Shown here piece after piece: positions 54,640 to 64,000 of a DNA stretch of 64,000 bases. How positions within the stretch are numbered: the first letter of the stretch is position 1; the number at the start of each line of letters is the position of its first letter. The DNA is from Perkinsela sp. CCAP 1560/9 (Eukaryota; Protista; Euglenozoa: Kinetoplastea): the NCBI GenBank assembly GCA_965644495.1, contig CBFFSA010000001.1, positions 1,178,001 to 1,242,000 on the forward strand, read 5' to 3'. Position numbers and translations under genes: made by a program. The notes under the pieces were generated by a model. It was not told the origin of the DNA and ran no database searches. It saw nothing but the letters and a program-made list of their open reading frames with translations.

Positions 54640-56200
54640 TTTACGATCGTTTTCCTCCCTTTATTTCCTCCCTCATGAGCCTCATCAGCGGCATTGCTTG
54701 GGTCCCTGCCTCCGCCTGCAATCCCACACCCCTCCGCGAAAAAATCCGCAAACCAACCCCCCCTCACCCCCCCACCCTCCCCGACAACCCCGACAGCGAG
54801 GCCTCCCTCTCTTCCCCCTCTCAACCCCACGAGAATTCCCATGATGACAACGGCAACAACAACAACGACGACGACCACACCCTCTGGGTCTCCGAACTCT
54901 CCGACGACCTCTCGGACTCCGAGGCGGACGACGACCGTATCCACCCCACGGACTGTCCCGTGCTCGTGACCCACGCGGGGGGGGGCGACGACGACAGCAG
55001 CAGCAACACGCTCGAGCTCTACCTCTACGACCCCTCCACCGACGGGCTGTTCCCCCACCACGACCTCCCGCTCCCCGAGCTCCCGCTGTGTGTGGAGTGG
55101 GTGGGGCGGGCCCAGGGGAGCGGGAGGGCGAACCTGGCTCTTGTGGGGGACCGGGCCGGGGGGGTCGCGGCGTGGGACGTGGACCTTTTCGAGGCCACCG
55201 CCCCGAGGCTGGAGCTGTCGCGGGGGGGCGTGCGGGGGAGGGGGGAGAGGAAGGGGAAGAGGGGAGGGAGGAGGGGGGGGAAGGGTTTGGGGGGTTCGTC
55301 GTCGTCGTCGTCGTCATCACCTGCTTGTTGTTCTTCCTCTCATACCGATGCGGTTCTGTGTCTTAAATGGAACTGGGAGGCTCCTCAACATTTGGCCTCT
55401 GCCTCGGCAGATCACAGTGTTAAGTTGTGGGATCTGGACCATGGGACGTGTACCCAAACACGAGACGGTTCTCATAAAGACAAAGTTCAGTCGTTGGACT
55501 GGAGTCGCACGGAGAGTTGTCTGCTCCTCTCCGCGGGTTTCGACCCTGTGGCGGTACTCCATGACTGCAGGGCCCAGGACCGTTCCATGGCTCGAGCCCT
55601 GCATGAGATCCCGGAGCAAATCGCGTGGCATGGCGCTAGTGAATTTGCGGTCTCCCACACAGATGGGAGTTTAAAGGTGTTTGACCTTCGTAAAATGGGG
55701 CGAGATGACCCAGCGTTGCTAACGTTACAAGCCCATCCCACAGGGACAGTGTTCTCGTTCTCTCCGCAAATTCCCGGTCTGCTGGCTACGGGTGGGGGGG
55801 ATAAAAAGGTGAGTTTGTGGGATCTCAGGGAAGGGGGTGGAGGAGGAGAAAGTGGGCCCTCGTTGGTGGCTTCCCATGCGTTAGGGGTCGGAGAGGTTTT
55901 TGCGATTGCGTTTCACCCGCAAGACCCAACTTTGCTGACCGCCGGGGGGAGTCAGGATAAGGTTTTAATTTATACGGTAGAGGAGGAGGTGAAGCGGCAT
56001 GGGTTCGTGGTGCCAGCACGGTGAGAAGGGGGTTCAATAGTGTCGCGCAAAACAGTGGGGCGAATAGTGCATGTGCGAGTAAGAAGGTGTGATCTGCAAC
56101 GAATGGTTGAAATGTGGCGTTTATGTTAGTTTGTAGTCGTTGAGGAACGCGTGCTGAAGTCTACGTGTTTTCAGTGATAGTTTAACTATCGCACTTAAAT
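54640..56200. other. Strand-skew flip island (very abrupt switch at ~55088)
   Basis: CTCCCCGAGCTCCCGC|TGTGTGTGGAGTGGGTGGGGCGGG. C/A-rich before the switch and G/T-rich after it. Confidence 0.9.
54675..56024 (+). CDS. PWP1: Periodic tryptophan protein 1-like WD40 protein
   Basis: LISGIAWVP, LELYLYD..LFPHHDLPLPELPLCVEW, HTDAVLCLKWN, LASASADHSVKLWDL and HKDKVQSL motifs. Confidence 0.9.
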   Translation: MSLISGIAWVPASACNPTPLREKIRKPTPPHPPTLPDNPDSEASLSSPSQPHENSHDDNGNNNNDDDHTLWVSELSDDLSDSEADDDRIHPTDCPVLVTHAGGGDDDSSSNTLELYLYDPSTDGLFPHHDLPLPELPLCVEWVGRAQGSGRANLALVGDRAGGVAAWDVDLFEATAPRLELSRGGVRGRGERKGKRGGRRGGKGLGGSSSSSSSSPACCSSSHTDAVLCLKWNWEAPQHLASASADHSVKLWDLDHGTCTQTRDGSHKDKVQSLDWSRTESCLLLSAGFDPVAVLHDCRAQDRSMARALHEIPEQIAWHGASEFAVSHTDGSLKVFDLRKMGRDDPALLTLQAHPTGTVFSFSPQIPGLLATGGGDKKVSLWDLREGGGGGESGPSLVASHALGVGEVFAIAFHPQDPTLLTAGGSQDKVLIYTVEEEVKRHGFVVPAR

Positions 56201-56386
56201 AAGTTAAGGGAGAGTTAATGCTATTTTGAGCAGAACATTGTGTGCTTTCCCTAGTGCACGGATGTTTGATTTCTTTGAGCTCACTTAAAAGCAAAGCGAA
56301 ATAGCCCTACTTTACTTCGAAATCTCTGAAACAATAGCTCAGCTCTTTGGTTAAATCCTTTCCAACTACCCGTTTTCACTACTTCC

Positions 56387-57634
56387 ATGTGTTACTTTTA
56401 CACCTCAAACGGGTACCGCTACATCCACCCCTATGACTACACTTTCACCGTTCACGTAAAAGGGCGCTGGGTTGGCCGCACTCTTCTGGACGTTATGAAG
56501 GCGGAATTTGGCCACAGGACACCGGACTACTACCAAAAAGCTCTTGAACAGGGTCGGCTCTATGTTCGGCATCCCCACAATGGGCCTTCTGTCGCGCTCG
56601 CGAGCCACCGGCTTCGCCCGAACGAGACCATCATCCACATTGTACATCGGCATGAGCCCCGAGTACTGGATCTACACATAGAGATATTACATCACGACCC
56701 CGACACGGGATTACTTGTCGTGAACAAACCCCCGAGTATGCCAGTACATCCCTGTGGGAGGTACCATCGTAACAGTGTGTTGTATCGTTTACAACATGAA
56801 CTTGCGAAGGATTGGGCAAAACCAGAATCGGGGGGAAAGCTACACCCCTGTCATCGATTGGACCGTGGCACCAGTGGGTTGCTTCTGCTCGCAACGAATG
56901 CAGAGCTCAAGTCAAACATTGCAGCTATTTTGGAGAGACGTTTGGCCTCAGAGGTTGAGAAAACGTACCTTGCCCTGGTCCATGGTATCGTAGAGGAGGA
57001 TTCTTTTGAGGTGAATTTCCCGCTTTGTGTGGAGGATTACAAAACAGGTCGAATGCGTTGTGTCACTGATCCGGATCTCATTCAGGAAATTCAACGGTTC
57101 GAGGAACAACGAGGACCCGCCAAACGCACCAGAACTTCTTTTTCCTCTGTGCAGGAGAAACGGGATTGGATGCGAAAATACACGCAAGGTTCGCGTGATC
57201 GCTCCGATATAGAAAATGCAAAGCCCTCACAAACCTTCTTTTCTGTACTACATAGAGACTCGAATCGATGTGCGACGCTTCTCTCATGTACGCCATATAC
57301 AGGCCGAACTCATCAAATTCGTGTTCACCTCTCTACTTTGGGTTACCCTATTATAAATGATAGACTGTATGGTCATCCTACACAGAAATTTCTTTCGTGT
57401 CACTCATTGGTTGAAACTTCTGCGACTGCGCAATTGATGAACGGAACTTTTACGGACACGGAAAGCACACATTGTACTCGATGTGATGAAGATATTCAAC
57501 TTGTCGACAACGATTATACTTCTTTTATTTGCCTTCACTCATGGAAGTACTGTCTACGACTTGTGTCGGGGAGCGTACAACTAGAAGCGCCTTCTCCTTG
57601 GTGGGCAGATTTAAAGAAGTCGACTTCCGAGTAA
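56387..57634 (+). CDS. RluA-family pseudouridine synthase (RPUSD2/Rib2-like)
   Basis: KGRWVGRTLLDV, HRHEP, NKP..MPVHP.GRY, HRLDRGTSG and TGRTHQIRVHL motifs. Confidence 0.95.
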   Translation: MCYFYTSNGYRYIHPYDYTFTVHVKGRWVGRTLLDVMKAEFGHRTPDYYQKALEQGRLYVRHPHNGPSVALASHRLRPNETIIHIVHRHEPRVLDLHIEILHHDPDTGLLVVNKPPSMPVHPCGRYHRNSVLYRLQHELAKDWAKPESGGKLHPCHRLDRGTSGLLLLATNAELKSNIAAILERRLASEVEKTYLALVHGIVEEDSFEVNFPLCVEDYKTGRMRCVTDPDLIQEIQRFEEQRGPAKRTRTSFSSVQEKRDWMRKYTQGSRDRSDIENAKPSQTFFSVLHRDSNRCATLLSCTPYTGRTHQIRVHLSTLGYPIINDRLYGHPTQKFLSCHSLVETSATAQLMNGTFTDTESTHCTRCDEDIQLVDNDYTSFICLHSWKYCLRLVSGSVQLEAPSPWWADLKKSTSE

Positions 57635-57949
57635 AAACAGAAAACCACCAAAGCAAGAAGTGGGATTCTCACCGTGAGAATTCGAAGGAGAACGAACCTC
57701 CTATCTGTCTATCGTCACTGTGTTTTGGCTACGAAACTAGGTATACTTTATTCTGTGGCTTCCCAGTTTTTTTGAACGTTGATCTCTTTTGTGCATTATT
57801 GTATCATACACATGTGAAATGATAACGATGATATCCTTGCAGTTAATTTCATTGAACTACTGAATTTTATTAATTCACCAAGCAACTTATTAATTATTGT
57901 TGTCTAACGTGTGATGAGCACTCCGGCAGCAATTTTTATCTTTTCCTGC

Positions 57950-58756
57950 ATGCTGTACAGCACAGCTGACATCCCCATTGCACAGTCGCATCACAGTCAT
58001 ACCGGTAGAGTACGAGGAGCCAACTTACCACAAGAATATGAACTTGCAAAATTTACCCAAGATATCGAGAAACCACATCCGTCCTGGAACACATCAACAC
58101 CTGCGTGTGAATGGAAATGCGTGACCTGTGAGGATGCTATTCACGTAACGGAGATTAACTGGAGTGCTTTTGCTTTTGAACGACTCTCCGGTACTCTCCA
58201 GTGGGATTGGTTACCCCGCACTCTGACAGCTTGCAGGCTTTGGGATACCCAGCTGACTGGCGGGGTGAAGCTAGATACCTTACCGCCGCAACTTTCAACT
58301 TTGATTTTATGGAACAATGACTTTACTGGCAACCTTGATTTGGAGCACATGCCCCATACTTTGGAGGAACTTGCAGTAGGATCAAACAGATTTGAAGGTA
58401 GCGTAGAATTAACGAGCCTGCCTAGAAATTTGGTGTACCTTTCTCTTCGGAAGAATAAGTTGTCTGGAACCATTGATTTAACGCGGTTGTCAGAACACCT
58501 GAATCACTTGAATATATCGGAGAATCGATTTACAGGGTCCCTCAACTTACAGCATTTACCCTGTTCCATTCTTGAACTCTACTTGTATGACAATTGTTTT
58601 TCGGGCGAAGTGCTGTTTGAGGGTCTCCCCGTGCGATTAAACACACTTAGGATAGATGACAATGCCGAACTTCATGGTGTAGTCGATCGTTCCACTCTTC
58701 CAAGATCTCTCCAAAATTTCGAATATAAAGGCACCAATATAAACTTACATGAATGA
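57950..58756 (+). CDS. LRR family protein
   Basis: Cap ACEWKCVTC and NDFTGNLDLEHMP. Start at 57950 or 57914. Confidence 0.9.
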   Translation: MLYSTADIPIAQSHHSHTGRVRGANLPQEYELAKFTQDIEKPHPSWNTSTPACEWKCVTCEDAIHVTEINWSAFAFERLSGTLQWDWLPRTLTACRLWDTQLTGGVKLDTLPPQLSTLILWNNDFTGNLDLEHMPHTLEELAVGSNRFEGSVELTSLPRNLVYLSLRKNKLSGTIDLTRLSEHLNHLNISENRFTGSLNLQHLPCSILELYLYDNCFSGEVLFEGLPVRLNTLRIDDNAELHGVVDRSTLPRSLQNFEYKGTNINLHE

Positions 58757-59476
58757 AACTTTTAACTCTTGGGCGAAATGGTTTTCATTGTAGCAGATAA
58801 CAATTTCTAACGAATTTTGTGTTGAAGGATTTTATTAATTTAAGGGACAAATGGTTTGTAAATTCATGGAGTTTCACTTATTTTCGAACTTCTTAATACA
58901 GTAAACGTCACTATTCTGAGAGTCGCTAAAAATGAGAATTGGGCTGTCAACATACAACTAGCCAAAATGATATACCCCTGCCGGGTCGATGGGTAATTAC
59001 CCATTAGCGGGTCTGTGCGGGTAAATTACCCGGTTCTGTGACCCAGTTACCCGCACCGACCCACACCGACCCGCATCGGCGCACTAGCCATTAAATACAA
59101 AATTATTTCCTCTCAAGTGTGCTGATTCGTAGGATTGGCACGGAATGCTCTATGTACAGAAACGGTATCTTTAGCGATGAGGAATTCCTTCCATAAGAAG
59201 AATTCCCTTTACTGATTTGCTTCTGTCGCCCATTTATTTTTTTTATTTTTTTTATTTTTATTTTGGTGCGAACCCCCTAGGCCCACCGGAAGCCTACCCC
59301 CTAACACCGCGATGGTATCATTTTTTTTATTTTTTTTGGCCAGTCGAGTTTACCCTCGATTCCTAGCAAACTAAGATGAAACTATAAAGAATCACCACAT
59401 AGAAAACATTTATACGGCAGTGTATGATACTGTGATACTATGCATAGCATTAATATTAACAATAAAATACTATGCA

Positions 59477-60427
59477 TTAATCTTTACTGCATAACAGATT
59501 CATCTTCTTCGACATCAGATACTTCAACATCGCTACCATCCTGAGAAACACCTTCGTCTGGAAGAATATAACCACGTGATTTACATCACTGCCGTCCGCA
59601 ATAATGTATCTCATTTTAAGCAAACGAACTTCACCAAGGTTCGCCAGAAGAGTAGAAATCAACTGCTCAGCTGCCGTCTTTCCGTCAAAGGCACGATGCC
59701 TTGGAGAATATATCGGTGGTAAGACATACTCTTCTGACCCAACGTACAGCACAGACAACAAGATATGTTCAGCCTTTACCTTGTCAATGTCCGCGTCTAC
59801 GGCAATTCCATAGAGCTTACGCGAGTCTACGTCGGCAGAAAGTTTTCCCCATATGTCATGCGACAGCACTTCACAATAGTGGTGCCACTTCTTTAAATTT
59901 GATTCCGGAAGTGCTCTTTTTATCATTGTTCCAGGTACATGGCGTAAATCCTCGTACTTATGCACGAGACAGACAAACCGACTAGAAGAAAGATTCGTTA
60001 GGGTCTGTAAGCATGGCAGTACTTTTCCTACGAAGCGCTGTACAATTACTCCCTGATTATTTGCACTCTCTACCTGTGCCAATCGGGAATTTTCAAGAGA
60101 TTTTGAGCACTCGCGGCGATGCTTGTGATACACATTTTTATAACGAGAGTGAGATTCAAATGCGCATCCTTCCTTGGTACATATGAAATGAAGCTTTTGG
60201 CCCAAAGGATCGGTGAGAATATCTGTGTGTGTGTGTGTGTGAGTGCATCCGGGAGGACAGCGCACGAGCACGAATTGCCCAGATAAGGATTCTACTGTCA
60301 TTTTGTGCCGTATAGTATCGCGATGCTTCATTTTTTTTGACTCAGGGGTATTACCATCTTCAGTATCAGATGACGAAAATAGTTCAGGCGTGCTAGATGT
60401 CTGCTCTAATCGTCGTTGACGAGCCAT
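59477..60427 (-). pseudogene. Truncated hAT-like transposase
   Basis: Zn finger CTKEGC...HKHRREC, first catalytic motif YGIAVDAD and second motif YIIADGSDVN. No CxxH or C-terminal Glu region. An acidic tail (LPDEGVSQDGSDVEVSDVEEDESVMQ*) follows out of frame. Confidence 0.7.
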
Positions 60428-60596
60428 GAGTACAGATAAGTTTAGGTAAGAAGAGATTAGTTAGTGCGATCAAACACAAGAGTAATATGATTATTGACTT
60501 CTTACTTAGCCATAAAACACTTCACCATAAGGTCCGAAACAAAGATGCACGTTTATTTCCCGATGACAAGATTCAACAAACAGATGTATACATGTA

Positions 60597-61303
60597 CACC
60601 CCTGGGCAGCTTCATTTACCCCCCCCCTACAGGTCTTGCATTTTGTTCGATTTCGGAAATATTTGGTATGGGACTGTTTTTCGCTCCGATCGTCTCGAAT
60701 CCGCGGTCCTTTTCATGATTAGAATAATATTTTTTTACTAAAATGACTGGACAATTTTTGAGGGTGTACACTTTTTTTTTTGAATTTTTTTCTTGCTTTT
60801 AAATATTTTTTTATGTTTTCAAAAATGTAAATCATGCTTAGAGAACGCAAAAAAGACGCTGAATACGTATTCAACAACCAATGTGATAACCTTTCTTTGT
60901 AATGTACTCCTGATAAAACATCGAATTCCTGGAGAAAAAAAACATTCCTGGAGATTTTGAGCTCATTAGCTACAGCACGTAGGGATTTTAGTTCCTTGTA
61001 GCGTGCTATGCTGAGAGTTTGCCTTTCTGGTGAAATACGCTGATTCGGGAGGGAAGAAGCCCGATATCGTTTGACCATTGAGGAAAAAACAGAAAAAAAG
61101 TAGATTTTTCAAGGGTGAGCAAAAAAAAATGACTTCTTGGACAAACATTTTAAGGTCTCGGAGCAAATCAAGGTCGCTCGAGTGAAAACGACCGCGGATT
61201 CGAGACGATCGGAGCGAGAAACAGTCCCATACCAAATCTTTCCGAAATCAAACAAAATACAAGACCTGTAGGGGGGGGGGGTAAATGAAGCTGCCCAGGG
61301 GTG
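60597..61303 (-). mobile_element. Tc1/mariner-like deletion derivative with ~120-bp TIRs
   Basis: TA|CACCCCTGGGCAGCTTCATTTACCCCC... and its near-perfect inverse. The internal ORF 60719-61078 starts with the HTH-like RISPERQTLSIARYKELKSLRAVANELKISRN. Confidence 0.88.
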
Positions 61304-62201
61304 TATATGTATCTTTCTAAGACGACCTGTCAATGCGGGTCGGTGCGGGTAACTGGGTCGCAGACCCGGGTAATTACCCATTTACCCGGCAGGGGTACGA
61401 AATGAGAATGCACTTTGAAAAATGAGAATGGGGCTTCGGCCACACATGTTTTTCGAATTCAATTGAATTCGATACTCAAAAACGAGAATAGAAAAAAATA
61501 AATTTCTTTTAATCACTGCTTAACTCTCTTCGTATTCTTCGCTCACTGCTTAAACTCGTTGCTTACTCTTCCTGAACACCCATGGTCGTGAGAACCATCC
61601 TGTTCATCATATCAATATTGTATTCGCCGGGGCTACGCCTCTGTCGCCGGGACTACGCCTCACGAGCTCAATGACTTTTTCCTCGTTCGATAAGCCTCGT
61701 TGGATAAGTTTTTCCTCGTTCGATAAGCCCATCAAAGATAATTCTTAAAAGATGTTTAGTAAGATCTGGCAAAGACAAGAGTAAGAATCCATCGGTGAGT
61801 GATTGCATTAAAAAACTTTTTTTTAAAAATGAGAATTATGATTTGACCTCATAAAAAAGTGCCTGTCAACGTTCAACAGACCAATTCTGAGAATAGTGAC
61901 GAAAAACGACAAAAAAGCCGTTTTTTTTTGTGTCAACGTACAACTGAGCATTCTGAGAATAGTGCGTTTACTGTATTTGCACGACTTGAATTTACATTAC
62001 TAGATTAAATGTACAGTGGGTGGCATTGCAATTTGGGGTTTAAGAATGTAAGCAAAGTATCTAATTTCTGTAAATCAAAAGATAAATACAAATCGTCACG
62101 GGTGTAAATGAAATTATACAGACATGTTACATACTTTTTAAAGTATCGTGCTCTTTTCATGGATATCATACTCAGATTTTACATTATACAATTACACGTT
62201 A

Positions 62202-63935
62202 ATGCTTGGAGAGTCTTCTCTTTCCATTCTTGCGAAACTTTTTTTCCACGGAATTAAGGATTCTGAAATTTGCTTTGAGTCAAAACAGCAAGTAAATTTG
62301 AAGTGGAATGCTTTTGATTGGGATTTTGTTCAAACCCATATGCACGAAATTTATTGTATAACTGCCTATGAGGCACTGATTCTACTGTGTGAATCTTTTC
62401 CCGAAATGGTCACCACTTGCTTCTGTATATCTGAGGAGTGCAAGCTTCCATCCAACACGGGGTGTTTACTATTTTGCTTTCAATTTTGGTGTGATTCTTT
62501 TTTCCGAGTGTTTAGTCCCACATTGGAGCAATGGCAGTCTGAAAAAAGTAGAAACCACAAAAATACCTACAATAGATCTGTGCAACCGGTTCATGACGCA
62601 CAAGATGAGCCCTCTTGTAAACAACAAAAATTCGTCACGCCCAGTAGCAGCGAGATACGTGGGATCAAAGTATACAATGATCCACAGATAGCACCTTCGC
62701 AGGACAATGCATCAAAAAAAGAAAGCCGAACAGCTGTGCAAGACCCCGACAAACGTCTTGTTTTTGTTCGGTGGTTTTATTCACTTGCTCGTTTAATTCG
62801 CGGCAAGGACTTTTTATTTCGTTCACTTCTGTATCAGTGCATTGCGTGCATGCTAGTTATTTTTCGTGTTACCCATCGCATCCCCTCTATGGATACTGTA
62901 TGCTCTACTCCCACAGCACAACGTCTGAAACTTTCGAGACATGCAATTAGCATTTGGGAAAGACACGTTCTCCATCAATCCAACTTTCGAATTCTGCAAC
63001 GAACGTTTTTATTTCAGCCTTTGCGGCCGAGCGGATCTCTTCTTTGGGATTTGTTTCGACACTTACTTAACGTTTTTCGACCTAGCAGAAGTTTACCTCC
63101 TTCAGTTTCGGATTCTCTGATTCATAATGGGGAAAGGCGTGCCCCGAACGATGAAGTTATTTCTCACCTTCATGAAAAGGCTTTGAAGCGTAATTTCGCG
63201 TATGGTACAGGTTTTGTAGAGCGTGTCTTTATTACTATGCTAACGCACAGAAGTGATGGAAGTATGAACTCATGCGCTTCTGCTTGCCAAGGAGAATTGA
63301 TAGACGCGTCTTTTCTTTTTCAAAAACACGGAGTCGGTGATCAAAGAATGAATATTTTTTCTGATGGCGACATGAGAAGTGCGTCCGTATCCAACCATCT
63401 ATTTTTGGCAAACAGACATAGGAATTCAAAAAGTTCGATAACTGATTTTTTAATGTACACCGGGACAGGTTTTGTCCAATTTTTTGCAGGGGCAATTTCA
63501 CTTGCTTCGGTAATTTATTGCGTCGCACATGATGAAATAGATTCTTTCGTTCACGAATTGTTTTCGTCGCAATTGTCTTGCTTTGAAGCCATGAGCGTTG
63601 ATCATGAAACCTCAATTCACAAAGAACTCGATGCACCACATTTTAAAAACGTATGTACTTCTTCGTTCTTATCCGCACCAATTTCACCCGCAACTGATGG
63701 CGATTCTCCTGATGCAGCTCAATCACGAACCCTTTCTGGATTACGGGTACTTTCTGAAAAAGAAGATTGTTCTACATTGCCTTTATCTACCACCAATTTA
63801 GTACGTCTGAACAGGAGGTACACGACCGCACACAAATCTCGGAATGTTTCGATGGAGGATTTCAAAGCACAAATTAACGTTGCCATTCTTTTGGCGTCGC
63901 AAGCATTTTTCGACTTAAGCATATTATGCAAATAA
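62202..63935 (+). CDS. Hypothetical protein, ~577 aa
   Basis: Long ORF in the polycistron direction. First ATG at 62202. No recognised motif. Confidence 0.7.
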   Translation: MLGESSLSILAKLFFHGIKDSEICFESKQQVNLKWNAFDWDFVQTHMHEIYCITAYEALILLCESFPEMVTTCFCISEECKLPSNTGCLLFCFQFWCDSFFRVFSPTLEQWQSEKSRNHKNTYNRSVQPVHDAQDEPSCKQQKFVTPSSSEIRGIKVYNDPQIAPSQDNASKKESRTAVQDPDKRLVFVRWFYSLARLIRGKDFLFRSLLYQCIACMLVIFRVTHRIPSMDTVCSTPTAQRLKLSRHAISIWERHVLHQSNFRILQRTFLFQPLRPSGSLLWDLFRHLLNVFRPSRSLPPSVSDSLIHNGERRAPNDEVISHLHEKALKRNFAYGTGFVERVFITMLTHRSDGSMNSCASACQGELIDASFLFQKHGVGDQRMNIFSDGDMRSASVSNHLFLANRHRNSKSSITDFLMYTGTGFVQFFAGAISLASVIYCVAHDEIDSFVHELFSSQLSCFEAMSVDHETSIHKELDAPHFKNVCTSSFLSAPISPATDGDSPDAAQSRTLSGLRVLSEKEDCSTLPLSTTNLVRLNRRYTTAHKSRNVSMEDFKAQINVAILLASQAFFDLSILCK

Positions 63936-64000
63936 ATCGGTCATTTTTTTTCTTGCTTATACGTCTTTTTCCCCGTTTCTGTTTCAAAAAAATAATTCCT

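Larger units (their letters stand above)
58973..61397 (-). mobile_element. hAT-like transposon, internally deleted
   Basis: TIR TACCCCTGCCGGGT with further inverted similarity and TTACCC/ACCGACCC subterminal repeats. Target duplication around AAATGA (6 bp exact, up to 10 bp with 2 mismatches). Carries a transposase ORF. Confidence 0.85.
58899..61973. mobile_element. CAGTAAACG-family MITE copy 2 (inverted), interrupted by nested insertions
   Basis: TA flanks at both ends. 58899-58970 and 61400-61500 match the reverse complement of 42390-42549; 61815-61973 matches the reverse complement of 41506-41660. Confidence 0.9.

Noticed and set aside
1-64000. Alternative genetic code, spliced-leader RNA, tRNA or rRNA genes, and introns
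   Set aside because: Conserved genes are uninterrupted ORFs ending in all three standard stops. No SL exon, tRNA boxes or rRNA motifs were recognised by eye; a covariance-model scan would be needed to exclude small RNAs.

Overview
Eukaryotic nuclear DNA from a kinetoplastid. Evidence: an intact JBP1 gene, an editosome-like ZnF/RNase III protein, a trypanosomatid-type COX V-like gene, and about 30 intronless genes all on the + strand, consistent with one polycistronic unit. A Perkinsela-like lineage is my inference only. Housekeeping genes (JBP1, RsmI-like methyltransferase, GINS Psf3, AP endonuclease, actin-related protein, PIG-L, PIG-T, ARMET-like, BCKDH E1-beta, katanin/Vps4-like AAA ATPase, PWP1, RluA-type pseudouridine synthase) are interspersed with 11 diverged members of one small LRR protein family. 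Three features stand out. (1) Sharp C/A-rich to G/T-rich strand-skew flips sit inside genes every 7-18 kb and visibly bend protein composition; they look like origin or promoter signatures. (2) There are many cut-and-paste DNA transposon derivatives: hAT-type with 8-bp TSDs, Tc1/mariner/pogo-type with TA TSDs, an internally deleted hAT transposase, and a three-level nest. This class is absent from the well-studied trypanosomatid genomes. (3) A ~10-kb repeat/TE island (38.5-48.5 kb) holds a 12 x 78-bp array of cUUCGg hairpins with a compensatory base-pair change. All calls come from reading the sequence by eye; no searches were run.
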